Positions 39,845 through 52,809 of a stretch of 64,000 nt of DNA are shown one piece after another. The first letter of the stretch is position 1, and every line of letters begins with the position of its first letter. Origin of the DNA: Lama glama. Lineage: Eukaryota. Below the pieces are notes generated by a model, which was given only the letters and a program-made list of their open reading frames with translations, searched no databases and was not told where the DNA came from. A program made the translations under genes and the position numbers. The DNA is taken from contig CM052817.1 in assembly GCA_028534125.1 (NCBI GenBank), forward strand, positions 93,498,001 through 93,562,000. Reading direction: 5' to 3'.

Positions 39845-40234
39845 TCCTAGAGGGACAAGTTCAAGACAGTTATGAACCATGACTCCAAAAGAAGAAACAA
39901 TTTAGAGGAGGTCTACTAAAGAAAATATAAGGAAGATGATGTTAGAGCTCAACTGTGTCTATATTAGATGCTGTCTAGTTAGATGACAAAATACTTCTGA
40001 AATAATGTTATGCCACTCAGGGAGGTGAAGATAAATAAAATGTACATAAATATGAGATGCTTTTGGTATTTGTGGAAATGGGTGGCTGTATATTTCTCAC
40101 TACAGGAGCCCCTCTATTAAAAAAAATCAGAGGGATATGATAGAAAAACAAATGCCTGGACCAAAATTAAAAAGAAAGAAGATACTCAGATGCAGCAAAC
40201 CCATGAAGTAGAGAACAAAAGGGGTCAATGTAAG

Positions 40235-41995
40235 AAGCATATCTGAAAACTATGAAATTGATAAAAGAACCTGAAGATGACACAAATAAATGGAAAGATA
40301 TACAACGCTCATGGACTGGAAGAATTAATACTGTTAAAACGTCCATACTACCCAAAATTCAATGCAATCCTTATCAAAATACCCACGGTACTTTTCACAA
40401 AACTAGAACAAATAATCCCCAAATTTGTATGGAACCACAAAAGACTCTGAACAGCCAAAGCAAACTGAGAAAGAAGAACAAACTTGGAGGTATCACATGC
40501 CCTAATTTCAAACTACACAACAAAGCTATAGTAATCAAAATGGTATGGTAATGGCATAAAAAACAGAAAAAATGCAACAGAATAACCCAGAAAGAAACCC
40601 ATGCTTATATGGTCAATCAATCTATGACAAGAATACACAATGGGGAAAAGACAATCTTTTCAATAAATGATGTTGGAAAAATTGGACAGCTACATGTAAA
40701 AGAATGATATTAGACCATTTTCTTACACCATATACAAAAATAAACTAAAAATGGATTAAAGACTTAAATGTAAGACCTAAAACTATAAAATGCCTAGAAG
40801 AAAACAGAGGAAGTATGCTCTTTGACATTAGTCTTAGCAATATTTTTTGGTTATGTCTCATCAGGAAAGGGAACAAAACCAAAAACAAACAAACGGGACT
40901 ACATCAAACTGAATATCTCTTGCACAGCAAAGAGAATTATCAACGAAATGAAAAGGCACCTACTGAATGGGAGAAGATCTTTGCAAATGATATTTCTGAT
41001 AATGGGCTAATATCCAAAATATATAAAGAACTCATACAATTCAATACCAAAAAAAAAAAAACCCACAAAAAACTCCAATTAAAAAATGGGCAGAGAATCT
41101 GAATAGACATTTTTTCCAATGAAGACACAGGTGGCCAACGAGCACATGAAAAAAGTCTCAACATCCCTAATCTTTAGGGAAATGCAAATCAAAACCACAA
41201 TGAGATATCACCTCACACTTGTCAGAATGGCTATGGTCAAAAAGACAACAAATAATAACAAGCATGGGTAAGGACATGGAGAAAAAGTAACCCTAGTGCA
41301 CTGCTGATAGGAATGTAAACTGGCACAGATACTATGGAAAATAGTATGGAGACTCCTAAAAAAATTAAAAATAGATGATCCAGCAATTCCACTTCTGGGT
41401 ATATTTCCAAAGGAAATAAACACTAATTTGAAAAGAGATATGCAATGTTTATTGTAGTATTATTTACAATAACAAAGATATGAAAGCAACTTGTGTCTAT
41501 TTATAGACAAATGGATAAAGAAGATATGGTCTGATGGTGTAAATAGAATGGAATATTACTCAGCCATAAAAAGCCTGAAATCTTGCCATTTGCAACAATA
41601 TGGATGGACCCAGGTTTTATGCTTAGTGTAATAAGACAGAAAAAGACAAATTATGTGTTCAGTTATGTGAAATACCCCCCCAATAACAACAAATATAACA
41701 AAATAGAAACAGACTGATAAATATAGAGAACAAACTAGTCATTGCTGGGCAGGAGAAGGGGTGGAGAGATGGGTAAAATAGATGAAGGGGAAGAAAAGGT
41801 ACAAATTTTCAGTTATAAAATAAATAGAATTTACAGAATAATGTGGTCAATAATATTATAATAACTTTTTATGGTGACAGGTAATAACTAGACTTATAGT
41901 AGAGATCATTTCATAACGTGTAAAAATATTGAATCACTATGTTGTACACCTGAAACTAATATAATTTTGTAAGTGAATTATGCTTCAATAAAAAG
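40235..41995 (+). mobile_element. 5'-truncated L1 (ORF2 3' third plus 3'UTR)
   Basis: ORF remnant [25 protein letters not shown], frameshifted ORF2, and an end at gcttcaataaaaa. Confidence 0.92.
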
Positions 41996-42529
41996 TAAGC
42001 AGATTAAACTGTTTAATCCTCATCTGACCCTTCTCTAAAGTGGGATGTATGAATACTAGAGGCAGATCATTCTCCTTTAGAAAAGCATGAGTCAGAAGAA
42101 AATATTTCTATTGCCCCTAAAGAGATGAAACTTACTAAGGCCTGAAAAGTGTGAAAAGGGAGATTAGGGAAAAAAAGTTGTCAGGCAGAACATATGGTCG
42201 TCATTAGACTATTCCAAGGAGAGAGACAGCCAACACAAACACTAAGGAATCAACTCTGTTCAAACTTCTGAGTGGACCCCTCTAGCTGAGACAGAACAGA
42301 ATGAGAAGTGAAGGGAAGAGAAATTTGGAAGTTTAATTTCTTTGGGCTTTATCTTTAGATATAACTTCTCCTTTGGGCTTTATCTTTAGAAATAAAATTT
42401 AAAAAATAATTTATTGACATTGTATTATCATTGGAGCATCTTTAAGTTGGTATGTTACAATTGCATAACTTCTGATGAAACCTATTAGACATGTAGTTAG
42501 GTGTAGTTTGGAATGAGAAATTAACATGA

Positions 42530-43050
42530 GCGGATAAAGAAGATGTGGTGTGTGTATATATATATATATATATATGGAATATATGTGTATATATATATAT
42601 ATGGAATATATGTGTATGTATATATGCAATGGAATACTGTAAAAAAACAAATTTTGCCTTTTGCTGCAACATGGATGGACTTGGAGAGCATTATGCTAAG
42701 TGAAATAAGTCAGAGGAAGACAACTACTGTATGATTTCACTTATATGTGAAATCTAAAAAATGCAACAAACTAGTGAATACAACAGAAAAGACGGAGACT
42801 CACAGAGAACAAACTAGTGGATACCAGTTGGGAGAGGGAAGCAGGGAATGGTATTATAAGGGTGGGGGAGTGGGAAGTACAAACTCGTGGGTATAGGATG
42901 AGCTACAATGATCACGCACAAGGAGCTTGTACAACACGGGGAATATAGCCAATATTTTACAGTAACTATAAATGGGGTATAGACTTTACAAATATGAATT
43001 GCTATACTGTACACTTGTAACATATAATATTGTACAGCAGCTATACTTCA
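42530..43050 (+). mobile_element. L1 3' end with expanded internal (TA)n
   Basis: ILPFAATWMDLESIMLSEISQ remnant and a 3'UTR ending tatacttcaaaaa. Confidence 0.9.
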
Positions 43051-43159
43051 AAAAACAAAATAAGATAGTCCAAAAAAATGAAGTATATTTTTGTCTTAGG
43101 GTATAGCAAAGTCCTGGACTTCACTAAAGCACCATCCTATCCTATTCCTGTGCACTCTA

Positions 43160-43371
43160 GAGAGATGATGTCCAACAGATGGTATTTTACTGATGCAAAT
43201 ATGCTCTAACTTTTCTGCCCTAGAGTGCGTCCACTAGCTACACCTGGCTATTGAGCACTTGAAATGTGCCCAGCGTTACTAAGAAACTGAATTTTTATTT
43301 AATCTGATTTTAGTTAATTTGAACTTAAATAGCCATATGTGGCTAGTGGCTACCATATTGTGCAATGCAGG
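43160..43371. mobile_element. MER3-like hAT-Charlie MITE
   Basis: ggctattgagcacttgaaatgtg...aaatagccatatgtggctagtggctaccatattg. Confidence 0.8.
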
Positions 43372-43698
43372 TTTAGAAGTAAAAACTAAACTTCCCACCA
43401 GATATGTAAAGGATCAGTGTCATTCTCAACTTTATGAGTAAAGAGCAGGACATCCCGGAAATCAATGTTCTTCTCCATAAGAGCCAGGCTTAACACTGGT
43501 GAGACATGGGGTTGAATGTTAAACCAGATAGGTTAAGAAAACAAAGAGAACCTGGCTGCCATGGGGCAGAGCTTCCATTTCTTACGATGCTATTTCTGAT
43601 ACAGTCACACTAGGGTAACACTCCTGCCTTTCTCCTCCCTTCTCACCCGCTTGGACGTCTTACTCTGTTTTGAATCAGAAAAAAATTGTATATTCTTT

Positions 43699-44154
43699 TT
43701 TTTACATTGAAGTATAGTTGATTTACAATGTTGTGTTAGTTTCTGGTGTACAGCATAGTGATTCAGTTATACATACATATATATTCTGTTTCATATTCTT
43801 TTTCATTATAGGTTACTACAAAGATATTGAATATAGTTCCCTGTGCTATACAGTAGGAGCTTGTTGTTCATCTATTTTATATAAAGTGGTTAAAATTGCA
43901 AATCCCAGACTCCTAATTTATCCATCCTCCTTTTCCCTTTGGTAACCATAAGTTTGTTTTCTATGTCTGTGAGTCTGTTTCTGTTTTGTAAATAAGCTCA
44001 TTTGTGCTATTTTTTTTGTTTTTGGTTCCAAGTATAAGTGATCTCATATGATATTTGTCTTTCTCTGTCCGACTTATTTCACTTAGTATGATCATCTCTG
44101 GGTCCATCCATGTTGCTGCACATGGCATCATTTCATTCTTTTTTCCTGAGTAGG
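43699..44154 (-). mobile_element. L1 3' end with degenerate 16-bp TSD
   Basis: AATWMDPEMIILSEISRTEKDKYH remnant. TSD aaattgtatattcttt (43683) versus aaactgtgcattcttt (44155). Confidence 0.9.
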
Positions 44155-45073
44155 AAACTGTGCATTCTTTCTGTTCCCTACCTTGTGATAAACCTATCAT
44201 AGTGGGCTCTGCCCTTAGGGAAGGCGTGCATTTATCCATCTTTATCTGCCTGGGTTTCTCAGTTTACTTCCAGAGTGAAATATTAGAAGCTCAGTGTGGC
44301 ATCAAGTATAGCCTATTATCCAATCAAGCTATTATTAGTAATAAAACTGTTATTTAAAGATTTTTAATTTAAAGCTCCATGTGTCTGATTTCCATGTCTA
44401 CTAATAAGTTCCTTCCAAAACATGGAGGGAAAAGAAAAGTGATTTATTGGCCAGGCCCTCTCTTTAGAAATTCAACAGTCAGTATTTCTGATGATTGAAT
44501 GGCTTCAAAAATAAGAGGTAGAATGTGTCTCTGTGGTGGACTTTCTTTTTTCTGAGATCACTTGAATGGTACTTTTAGACACATATAGAAGCTCTGCAGG
44601 TATCAGTTTGTATTAAGGCAGCCATGAACCAAAGGAAAAAATCATATGTAAGTGTTTTGCACTGAGATCAAAGCCTTTTCTGACCTTCTTGAGTTGGTCT
44701 AACCCCACAGTATTTGCTTTCATAGCATCTAGTACTTCTCCTTTATGACACATCATATCTTAATTTGTGCAATTCATTAGTGAAGAGCTTGCAATTCCCA
44801 CTAGATTGTAAGCTTCATAAGGAAAGAGACTGTGAATATCTTTTAATCATCATTTTATTTCTAGCACTTGGAATAATGACCGGCACATAGGTGATACACT
44901 CCATAAATAAATAATGCCATATTTTATTTAATGACATAAAAGATTATCTGCAGTAGCAGCAGAGATTGTGATGCAAATTTAATTTTGGGCTTCTTTTATG
45001 CATAGTCCCCAGAAATAAGGGTCCTGCCAAAAGAGAACTCTTTTTTTTTTTTTTCAAAAAAGCTTCAGTTATC

Positions 45074-45435
45074 TTTTTTTTTTTATTGAAGTACAGCCAA
45101 TTACAATGTGTCAATTTCTGGTGTACAGCACAATGTCCCAGTCTTGCATATACATATATATTCATATTCATATTTTTTCATTAAAGGTTATTACAAGATA
45201 TTGAGCATAGTTCCTTGTGCTATACAAAAGAAACTATTTTTAAAATCTATTTTTATATATAGTGGCCAAGATTTGTAAATATCAAACTCCCAAATTTATC
45301 CCCTCCCACCCCTTTTCCCTGGTAACCATAAGATTGTTTACTAAGTCTTTTTCTGTTTTGTATATGAGTTCATAGTGTCTTTTTTTTTTTTAGATTCCAC
45401 ATATGAGTGATATAATATGGTATTTCTCTTTCTGT
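45074..45435 (-). mobile_element. Younger L1 3' end (same family as 55742-56095)
   Basis: Poly-T followed by attgaagtacagccaattacaatgtgtc. Reverse-complement similarity to 55742-56095. Confidence 0.88.
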
Positions 45436-47654
45436 TTTTTCTTTTTTTTTTTTATCATTTTCCCAAAGTACCTCCTCCTTATGGCATTCTTTGGGTTAAG
45501 AGAGCAAAGGCGAATGAGATCTCTCTGTGAATGGATATTACTAACGAACTTAAGAAGCAGTGATACCTGATATTCAGATTTAGGTTTCCATTTTTGCATC
45601 ATAGTTCCCTAGGTCTTAGTCAAATTTGTAAACTTGAAATCTTGTGCTTTAGGAACTAATGTAGCACCTGTGTGTTTATTTTATCACATTGGAAAGCAAG
45701 GAGCTAAGACAGGATTAATGCAACTATCAGAGGCAGTGAGATGGTGTAAAGTGATAAACAGCAACCAGAATAGATTTGTGGAATTCAAGAACATTCACTG
45801 GAGATTCTCAGAAATTCTTGAGGAGGAACCTAGATTTCTTGCCATTGTACAGAATGAGGAGCCAAGATTATTACTACTTAGATATTTAAGGAAAATGTGA
45901 TACTGAAAAGATAACCTACCCATAGAACCCAGGGCTCAAAATTAATTAGAAAGAGCTGGAATGGGGGCTGGAAATCTTTATACTATTGCTTGGGAACATG
46001 GATCTCAGTTTATAAGAACTAGAGAATGTTGTATAACACAAAAGGGTTATTGTAAAAATATTAGAACATTTTTCCTGTCCTAGAACACCATGTACAGTGC
46101 TCATAACTATATTTTAAGAATATTTAAAACTTTAGAAGACCCAGAAAACAGCACCTAAAACCATCAGGTGAATGAAGTATGAGAGCTGCCCTATATAGTC
46201 TGATTAAAGTAGAAAACTTTGAAAACAGAAGCTGAGGAATAATATCAACATAAAAATGAGCATCTTAAAAATCAACATAAAGTACAAATTTAATATAGAT
46301 TTGTTCAACAAATTTCAAAGTATTAGAGTAGAGAAATATGCTTTGAGGAAATAAAATCATCAGTATTTTAATAACACCAATTTAGAAAGACACTCTGGAA
46401 ATATACACATATCTGACAAGAATTTGTCAAATTTATGAAAAAACTTAGCCATTGACAGATATTAAAGGAAAACTTGGATATAACCTATTTTTAGGGTTGA
46501 AAGCCACAACTTCTGATAGCCATACCTTGAGGTATTCAGTGGCAATCAAACATTTGAATTAGAAAGGCCTGAGTACAGAACCAATTAAATTCCAGAATAC
46601 TTTGAAAAAGGCAATTTAAACAATAATTGAGATCTAACTGTCTGAAAGAAAACATCTACACATTAAGGAATTCCTCAGAAAAAGTAGGGGTCTCATATTT
46701 AGTTTTTGATTAATAAGGATGTCTATGTTTAAAACACCTATGCAGTCAAGGGGGGACTACAGTCACCAGAATGCTAACTTGTCACCTGGGGGCCAACGCA
46801 GAGATACTTGACCACTCATCAGAGCATCCTCATTCTGTATGGATTTAAGGAAATTAGTCTTCTTTCTAGGGAATGTAAATGCTTTCAGAGAAGGCATGCA
46901 CAAATACATTTTTTCTTTGACCTGACACTAAAAGAGATATAAAGTTACTTTGATAGAGAAGAATTCAATCTTAGACCAGAAAGCTGAGAGAAGAGTACAA
47001 AGCAATCGGAAAGCAGGAGGGGTCTCAATCTTCATTCAAGTGTTTTTAGGGACATCTCATTGGAGTGGACATTTTCTCATTAAAGAAACCAAACCAAACA
47101 AACAAAAATCTTAGGTATTTAACTTTCAGACTGAGAGTCTGCTGTATTTCTCAGCCACAGAAACCAGTAAATAATAAAACTCGTTTAAAAAAAAGCTCTT
47201 TTCCAAAACCTGAGTTTATGTAAATACCATGTAGATCAATACTCCTTTGTCAGCTAAGAAGAAAAATAATTTCTTTTTCATAACATAGTTCAGAGACACT
47301 ATCTCATTTAATCTTCAGGACATTCCTAGAATAATTAAGAACAGGTATTATGATTTCTATTTCACAGAAGTAGGAACTCCAGCTTTAAGAGCTAGTAAAT
47401 GTATCAATAGCTGGCTACTTTATAACATCCAGTGTGTGAACCGGTTTAATTAGGGGTTCAGCCAGCTAGGTGAAGAAACTGGCATTTGGTTGAATCTGTC
47501 TGATTCTAAACCCATGCCCATAACCCACTATATTTTAATTTTCTTGTCTAAGGTGACATGCACTGACTACTAGAACTAACAATTAAACCCCCAAACTAGT
47601 GTTCTCCTAGTTAGACAAATTGCCTCCTATATCCATCCACAGCTAAACAGCAGT

Positions 47655-48040
47655 GTGAGGGAGGCTGACACTGGATAGACATTCACCAAACCCTTTTCCC
47701 TCTGCTCCTAAGCACATGCCTAGACTACACTTCCGAGCCTTCTGGGCAATTAATTGTGGCCCTGGAACTGCGATCTGCCTGATGGAGTGTGGACGGATGT
47801 TCTGTACGCTTCATCCAGACCTGGCCGGTAGAATCCTCCTCCACTGACCTCCCCTATTCTCCCTTCCTCTCCACCAGCTGACAAGGAAGATAAAAGTAGG
47901 GCAGACCCACAAGAGGAAGGATCCTGGATCCCTCTGTCATCATACTATACTTCTACTGACCATAAGTGGCCAAACTGAAATTTATGTGAACAAGAAATAC
48001 ACTTATATGTCAATAAGCTACTAAGATTGTGGAATTTCCA
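47655..48040 (+). mobile_element. MaLR LTR (MLT1I/J-like)
   Basis: ctagactacacttcc...gcttcatccagac...ggatcctggatccct...aagctactaagattgtgg. Confidence 0.65.
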
Positions 48041-48044
48041 GAGT

Positions 48045-51000
48045 GGTTGAAACATTTCATACTCCCTCCTGCAAAGTATAAGAATTCCACTTGCTTCACA
48101 TTGTTTTCAATGTATGGTATTGTTAGTCTTTCTAGCCTTAGACATTCAGTCCATGTGTAGCAATAATCCTGGTGTTAAGATATTCAGTCTACAGGTAGTA
48201 ATAATCATGGCTTTAATGTGCATTTTCCTGATGACTAGTAATTTAAAGTATTTTCCATGTCTACCACTCATTTGTTACATGTTCATTTGAGACTATTCCA
48301 ATATTTTCCCCATTTTTATCTTTTTGTTATTGTGTGACAGGAGTGTTTAAATTCTGGATGATCTTTTGTCAAATGTATTTTTGCTGGAATCCTTTTTGGT
48401 CAGGAATATTTTCTTCCTAACTCTGGCTTGCCACTTCATTTTCCTAATGGTATCTTTCAAAAAGGAGAAGTTGTACATAGTTATAAATTCCAAGGATCAG
48501 TTTTTCTTTTTATGGTTTGTGCTTTTCTTTTTTTTTTACCATGTATTACAGATCATTTCCTGCACAAGTTCTTGAGAATAGTCTATTTTGTTTGCTTTTA
48601 GACAGTTTATATTTAATGCTTGCAATTTGGAATATAGTTCATCTCGTGAGAGTAAGAGCTAGTGTTCATTTTGTTACAAGGATTCATCCAGTTCCAGCAA
48701 CATTCATTGCAAAGAATGTCCTCAAGGATTGCCTTGGTGCCTATATAAAAATCGATTGGTCATTACATGTAGATCTATTTCTGGACACTCTATTTTGTCC
48801 CATTGACCTATTTGTCTTGATTTATGCCAATACAACACTGTCTAGATTACAACAGCATTGTAGCAACTCTTGAAATTAGGAAATATAAATCCCCTAACTT
48901 TATAATTTTTTCAAGATGTTGTCTATTCTAGGTTTTGTGTGTTTCCATATAATTTTAGTATTAAACTGTCAATTTCTATCCCTAAAAATTTGCTGGGATT
49001 TTCATTGGAATTACATTGAATCTATAGATCAATTTTGGGAGAACTGACATTTTATTAAAATGGAGTTACTTAATCCATAAACATGGGTTAAAAACCCTCT
49101 TTAAGTCCTCTAAGCAAATTTTATAATTTTCATTGTAGAAGTATTGCACAAGTTTTATTAAATCTCTCTAATTATTTTACAGTTAGGGGATGGTTTTATA
49201 AATAATGTATCTAAAATGAATTTTCTATTATGCTGTACACCAGAAATTGATACAACATTGTAAACTGACTTTACTGCAATAAAAAAAGAATTTTCTGATT
49301 ATTTCTGTATCTGTATAGAAATAGATTTGTGTAAAACTGGCCTTTACTCTATGGTATTTTTATATTTACTTATTATTTCTAGTAGTTCCATTTTAGATTT
49401 GTCAGAATTTCCTACATACATATATCCTCTGTGAGTAATGACAGTTTTAACTATTCCTTTGAATTGTTATGACTTTTTTCTCTCCCTCTCTTTTCTTTTC
49501 ATAATGACTAGGACCTGCAGTCCAATTTTGAAAAAAAACGGACGCTTTGCTGATTCCTGATCTTAACTAGAAAGCATTCAGAATTTCACCATTAAGAATG
49601 ATGTTTTCTGCAGAGATTTTACCATGATTGAGTGAATTTTTCAAATGCTTATTCTGTATCCTTTGAGTTGGCAATATAATTTCTTCCTTTCTCCTGCTAA
49701 TGTAGTACAATATAAGATTACTTCTTGAATGTTAAGCCAATCTTGCATTCCTGGGATAAACTCCAAATGCTCATGATAAATTATCCTTCTTTATATAATG
49801 GAATTGCTTTGCCAATATTTTGTTAAGGATTTCCCATCTCTGCTCATAAGGGATAAGGGAATGTATTTTCTCCTAATGTCTCTAACTTTGGAATCATGAT
49901 GTAATAAAGTTGGTTGTGAAGTGCTCATTCCTCTTATATTTTAAGAAAGTTTGTATCACAGTGAAATTTGTCCCTCCTTAAATATATGATAGAATTCGTC
50001 AGTGAAGCCACACTGGCCTGGAGATTTCTCTGTGAGGAAGTTCTGAATTACAAATGTAATTTGTTTCCCAGATACAAGACTGCTCATATCTTTTATTTTT
50101 TCTCATGTAAGTTTTGGTTAAGTTGGGATTTTTAAGGACATTCATTTCATCCAAATCATAGAATTTTTTGGCTTAAGTGTTTCATTTTTTATATCCCCTT
50201 TTATTTCTCTTAATATCTTTAGGATATGTCATATATGCCTCTCTTTCAAATCCAGTATTGGTAATTCGTACTTCCTCTTTTCTTGATTAGTCTTGCTAGG
50301 AGTTTATCAACTTGATTAATCCTTTGGAAAAAACTACTTCTTGCCTTTTAACTTTTTGTCTTTTTTTATTTCACTGATTTGTGTTTATTATTTCCTTTCT
50401 TCAGACTTACTTGACTTTAATTTTCTCTCCCTTTTCTAGTTTCTTAATGTGAAAACTTAGGTCACTGACTTTAAGTGTTTCTTCTTTCTTAATATAAACA
50501 TTTAAAACTGTTCATTTGTTTCCAAACACTGCTCCAACTGCATCTCACAAATTTTAATGTGTGTGGTTTTGTTTTTATTTAAATTAAAGCATTTTCTAAT
50601 TTTCCCTGGAAATTCTTCTTTGACCCATGAGTACCTTAAGTTATGTCACTTAATTCCCAAACATTTGGTCAGTTTTCAGGTAACTTCTTTTTTTCCTAAT
50701 TTAATCCTTGTCATCAGAGAAAGTACTCTGTAGAATGTCGATCTTTTGAAAGCTATTGGAACTTCTTTTCTGATTCAGCACATGGTCTGTTTTGGCGAGG
50801 GCTCGATAAGTACTGGAGAAGTGTGTGCTCTGCAGATGCTGAGAACGGTATTCTACAAATAAAATTAGATCAGTTTGATACATGGTGTTTTCAAGTTTTT
50901 AATATACTTACTAACTTTTCTTGCTCTGTCAGTTACTGAAGGGATTGTTAAAAATACTAAGGATGCTTGAGCATTTCTGCATTTTCCCTTTAGTTCTGCC

Positions 51001-51450
51001 ATTTGTGCTTCATGTACTTTAAGCTCTGTTATGGGTGCATACATAATAGACTAGTTATGTTATCTGACATACTGACCCTTTATCATTATGAAATATTTCT
51101 CTTTTCAAGTAATAATCCAAGTCCTGAAGCTTACTTTGTCTAGTCTAAATTTAACTACATCAGTTTTTTAATTTCAGATTATTATTTGCATGCTGCATAT
51201 TTTCCCATCTTTCATCGCAATGTATATAGGTGTCTTTATGTTAACAATTCATCTGTTGTAGACAGCATGTATTTTATTTTACTTCTTTGGTGGCCTTATT
51301 CATTTTATACCTCTTTGTGTCATTTTTTTAATGATAGTGCTAAATATTGCAGTTTACATCCTTAACTTGTCATGCTCTACTTCTGAGTATTGTGGGATCA
51401 CTTCAGATAAAAGGTAAGACTCTAACAGCAACAGCACAATCCTATTTGCC
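48045..51450 (-). mobile_element. Old L1 ORF2 region (endonuclease to C-terminus, with deletions)
   Basis: Antisense L1 motifs throughout. The minus ORF at 50701-50883 resembles the endonuclease region (THFSSTYRALAKTDHVL). Confidence 0.8.
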
Positions 51451-51776
51451 CTCCTTTCAGTAAATATTCAGCAAAACCAATTTCCAATGTAATATATTTT
51501 GTAACACCATCTTCTGGAAGTTTATACCTTTAAAAAGCACAACAGAAAGTCAAGGCTCCATCTGCTAATGATAAAAACCTCAGATTTATACAGAAGATAC
51601 TGATAAGCTCCAGGACTTTTAAACTGGCTTTAAATCCACAAAATGTATCATAGTGTTTAATCTCTGCCTCACTTAAAGTATATTTTAAGCAAATGTCTTA
51701 TTGGCTAAACACAGGATAAATAAACCAAAGAGTCAAAGTTGGAAATAATTATATCCACAAACAGTGCTATACTTAC

Positions 51777-51908
51777 AGAAGAAAAACCATGTCTAAATTC
51801 TTGGTTTCCTTTTAATTTCATTGAATTTTTCAACGTTATCTTGAAACGACATTTCCCATCTTCTTCTACCAGTACATCATCACTGGCTTCAGTCATTGCA
51901 CAGGAAGC
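51777..51908 (-). other. Candidate upstream exon (132 nt, open frame ASCAMTEASDDVLVEEDGKCRFKITLKNSMKLKGNQEFRHGFSS)
   Basis: Donor TCT|gtaagt. The acceptor tgctgtag| has a poor pyrimidine tract, so the 5' boundary is uncertain. Confidence 0.3.
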
Positions 51909-52729
51909 CTACAGCATTCTTGGTTTATTGCTGAACAGAAGGATGCAAAGGCCAACCTCTTCTAATACATGTCCACTCACTACCCACCGAAAAAATGCAG
52001 AGAAAATGAAAAAAAGTTTCAAAATGAGCTGAAGTAGCTGACTGCTTGCAGTTTTGTGCCAAATAAGGCACAGATCACATTTTCTAGCACAGAAAATAAT
52101 AAAGGTATTTAAAATGTAAAGACAAACTGCAGTCAAAGGACACATTATGTATATATATGTTAGCTATTTTTATGAGCCTTTAAAAGGACTTGAAATCATG
52201 ATACAGCCTCTTATTTCTATCTTGTAACTGATTTTTTATCTTTATATTAACGTTTATTGGGTGTCTTCATCAGAGAAATAAGTCAGTGTCCAAAAATGCT
52301 AACCCAAGCAATGTATGACTGGAACTCAGATCTACCAGGCTTTACCAATCACATCATTTTTCTAATGGGTAACTTGCTTCCCACAAAGCAATGTGACGCA
52401 GAAATTAACTACAAAAATTACAACCACCTTAACTTTTAAAAGCTGAAAATGACTGTGATTTTGTGAAAAAGCCAACTGTCATTACACTGAATCCACCTAT
52501 TTTAAAAAGTCTTATTTAGAGAAGAGTTCGTTTGAAATGCTCTGGTTTAGATGAGAAGATAGTCTTCACAATGTATCATTAGAAGACAAATGTATGCATT
52601 AGAATTGTCAAATACAGAAAGAGCGACCTGTGTGTCTTTGTAAATATCTAGTCTCAGGCTTTAAGAGAGGAAAGCAATTTTTCAAAATGTACAAAGAATT
52701 TTGAAAAGTTATTCAGAAAGACTTCTTAC

Positions 52730-52809
52730 CCTGTAAGGACTGGTTATCATCATCTTTGTAGATGCATAATGCAGGCGCTTTTCCTTTACTCCTGTGATCT
52801 GCCTTGGAT
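52730..52809 (-). other. Candidate upstream exon (about 69-80 nt)
   Basis: Strong donor CAGG|gtaaga. A T-rich tract (ttttttttctttatcctt) is followed by several AG choices. Confidence 0.3.
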
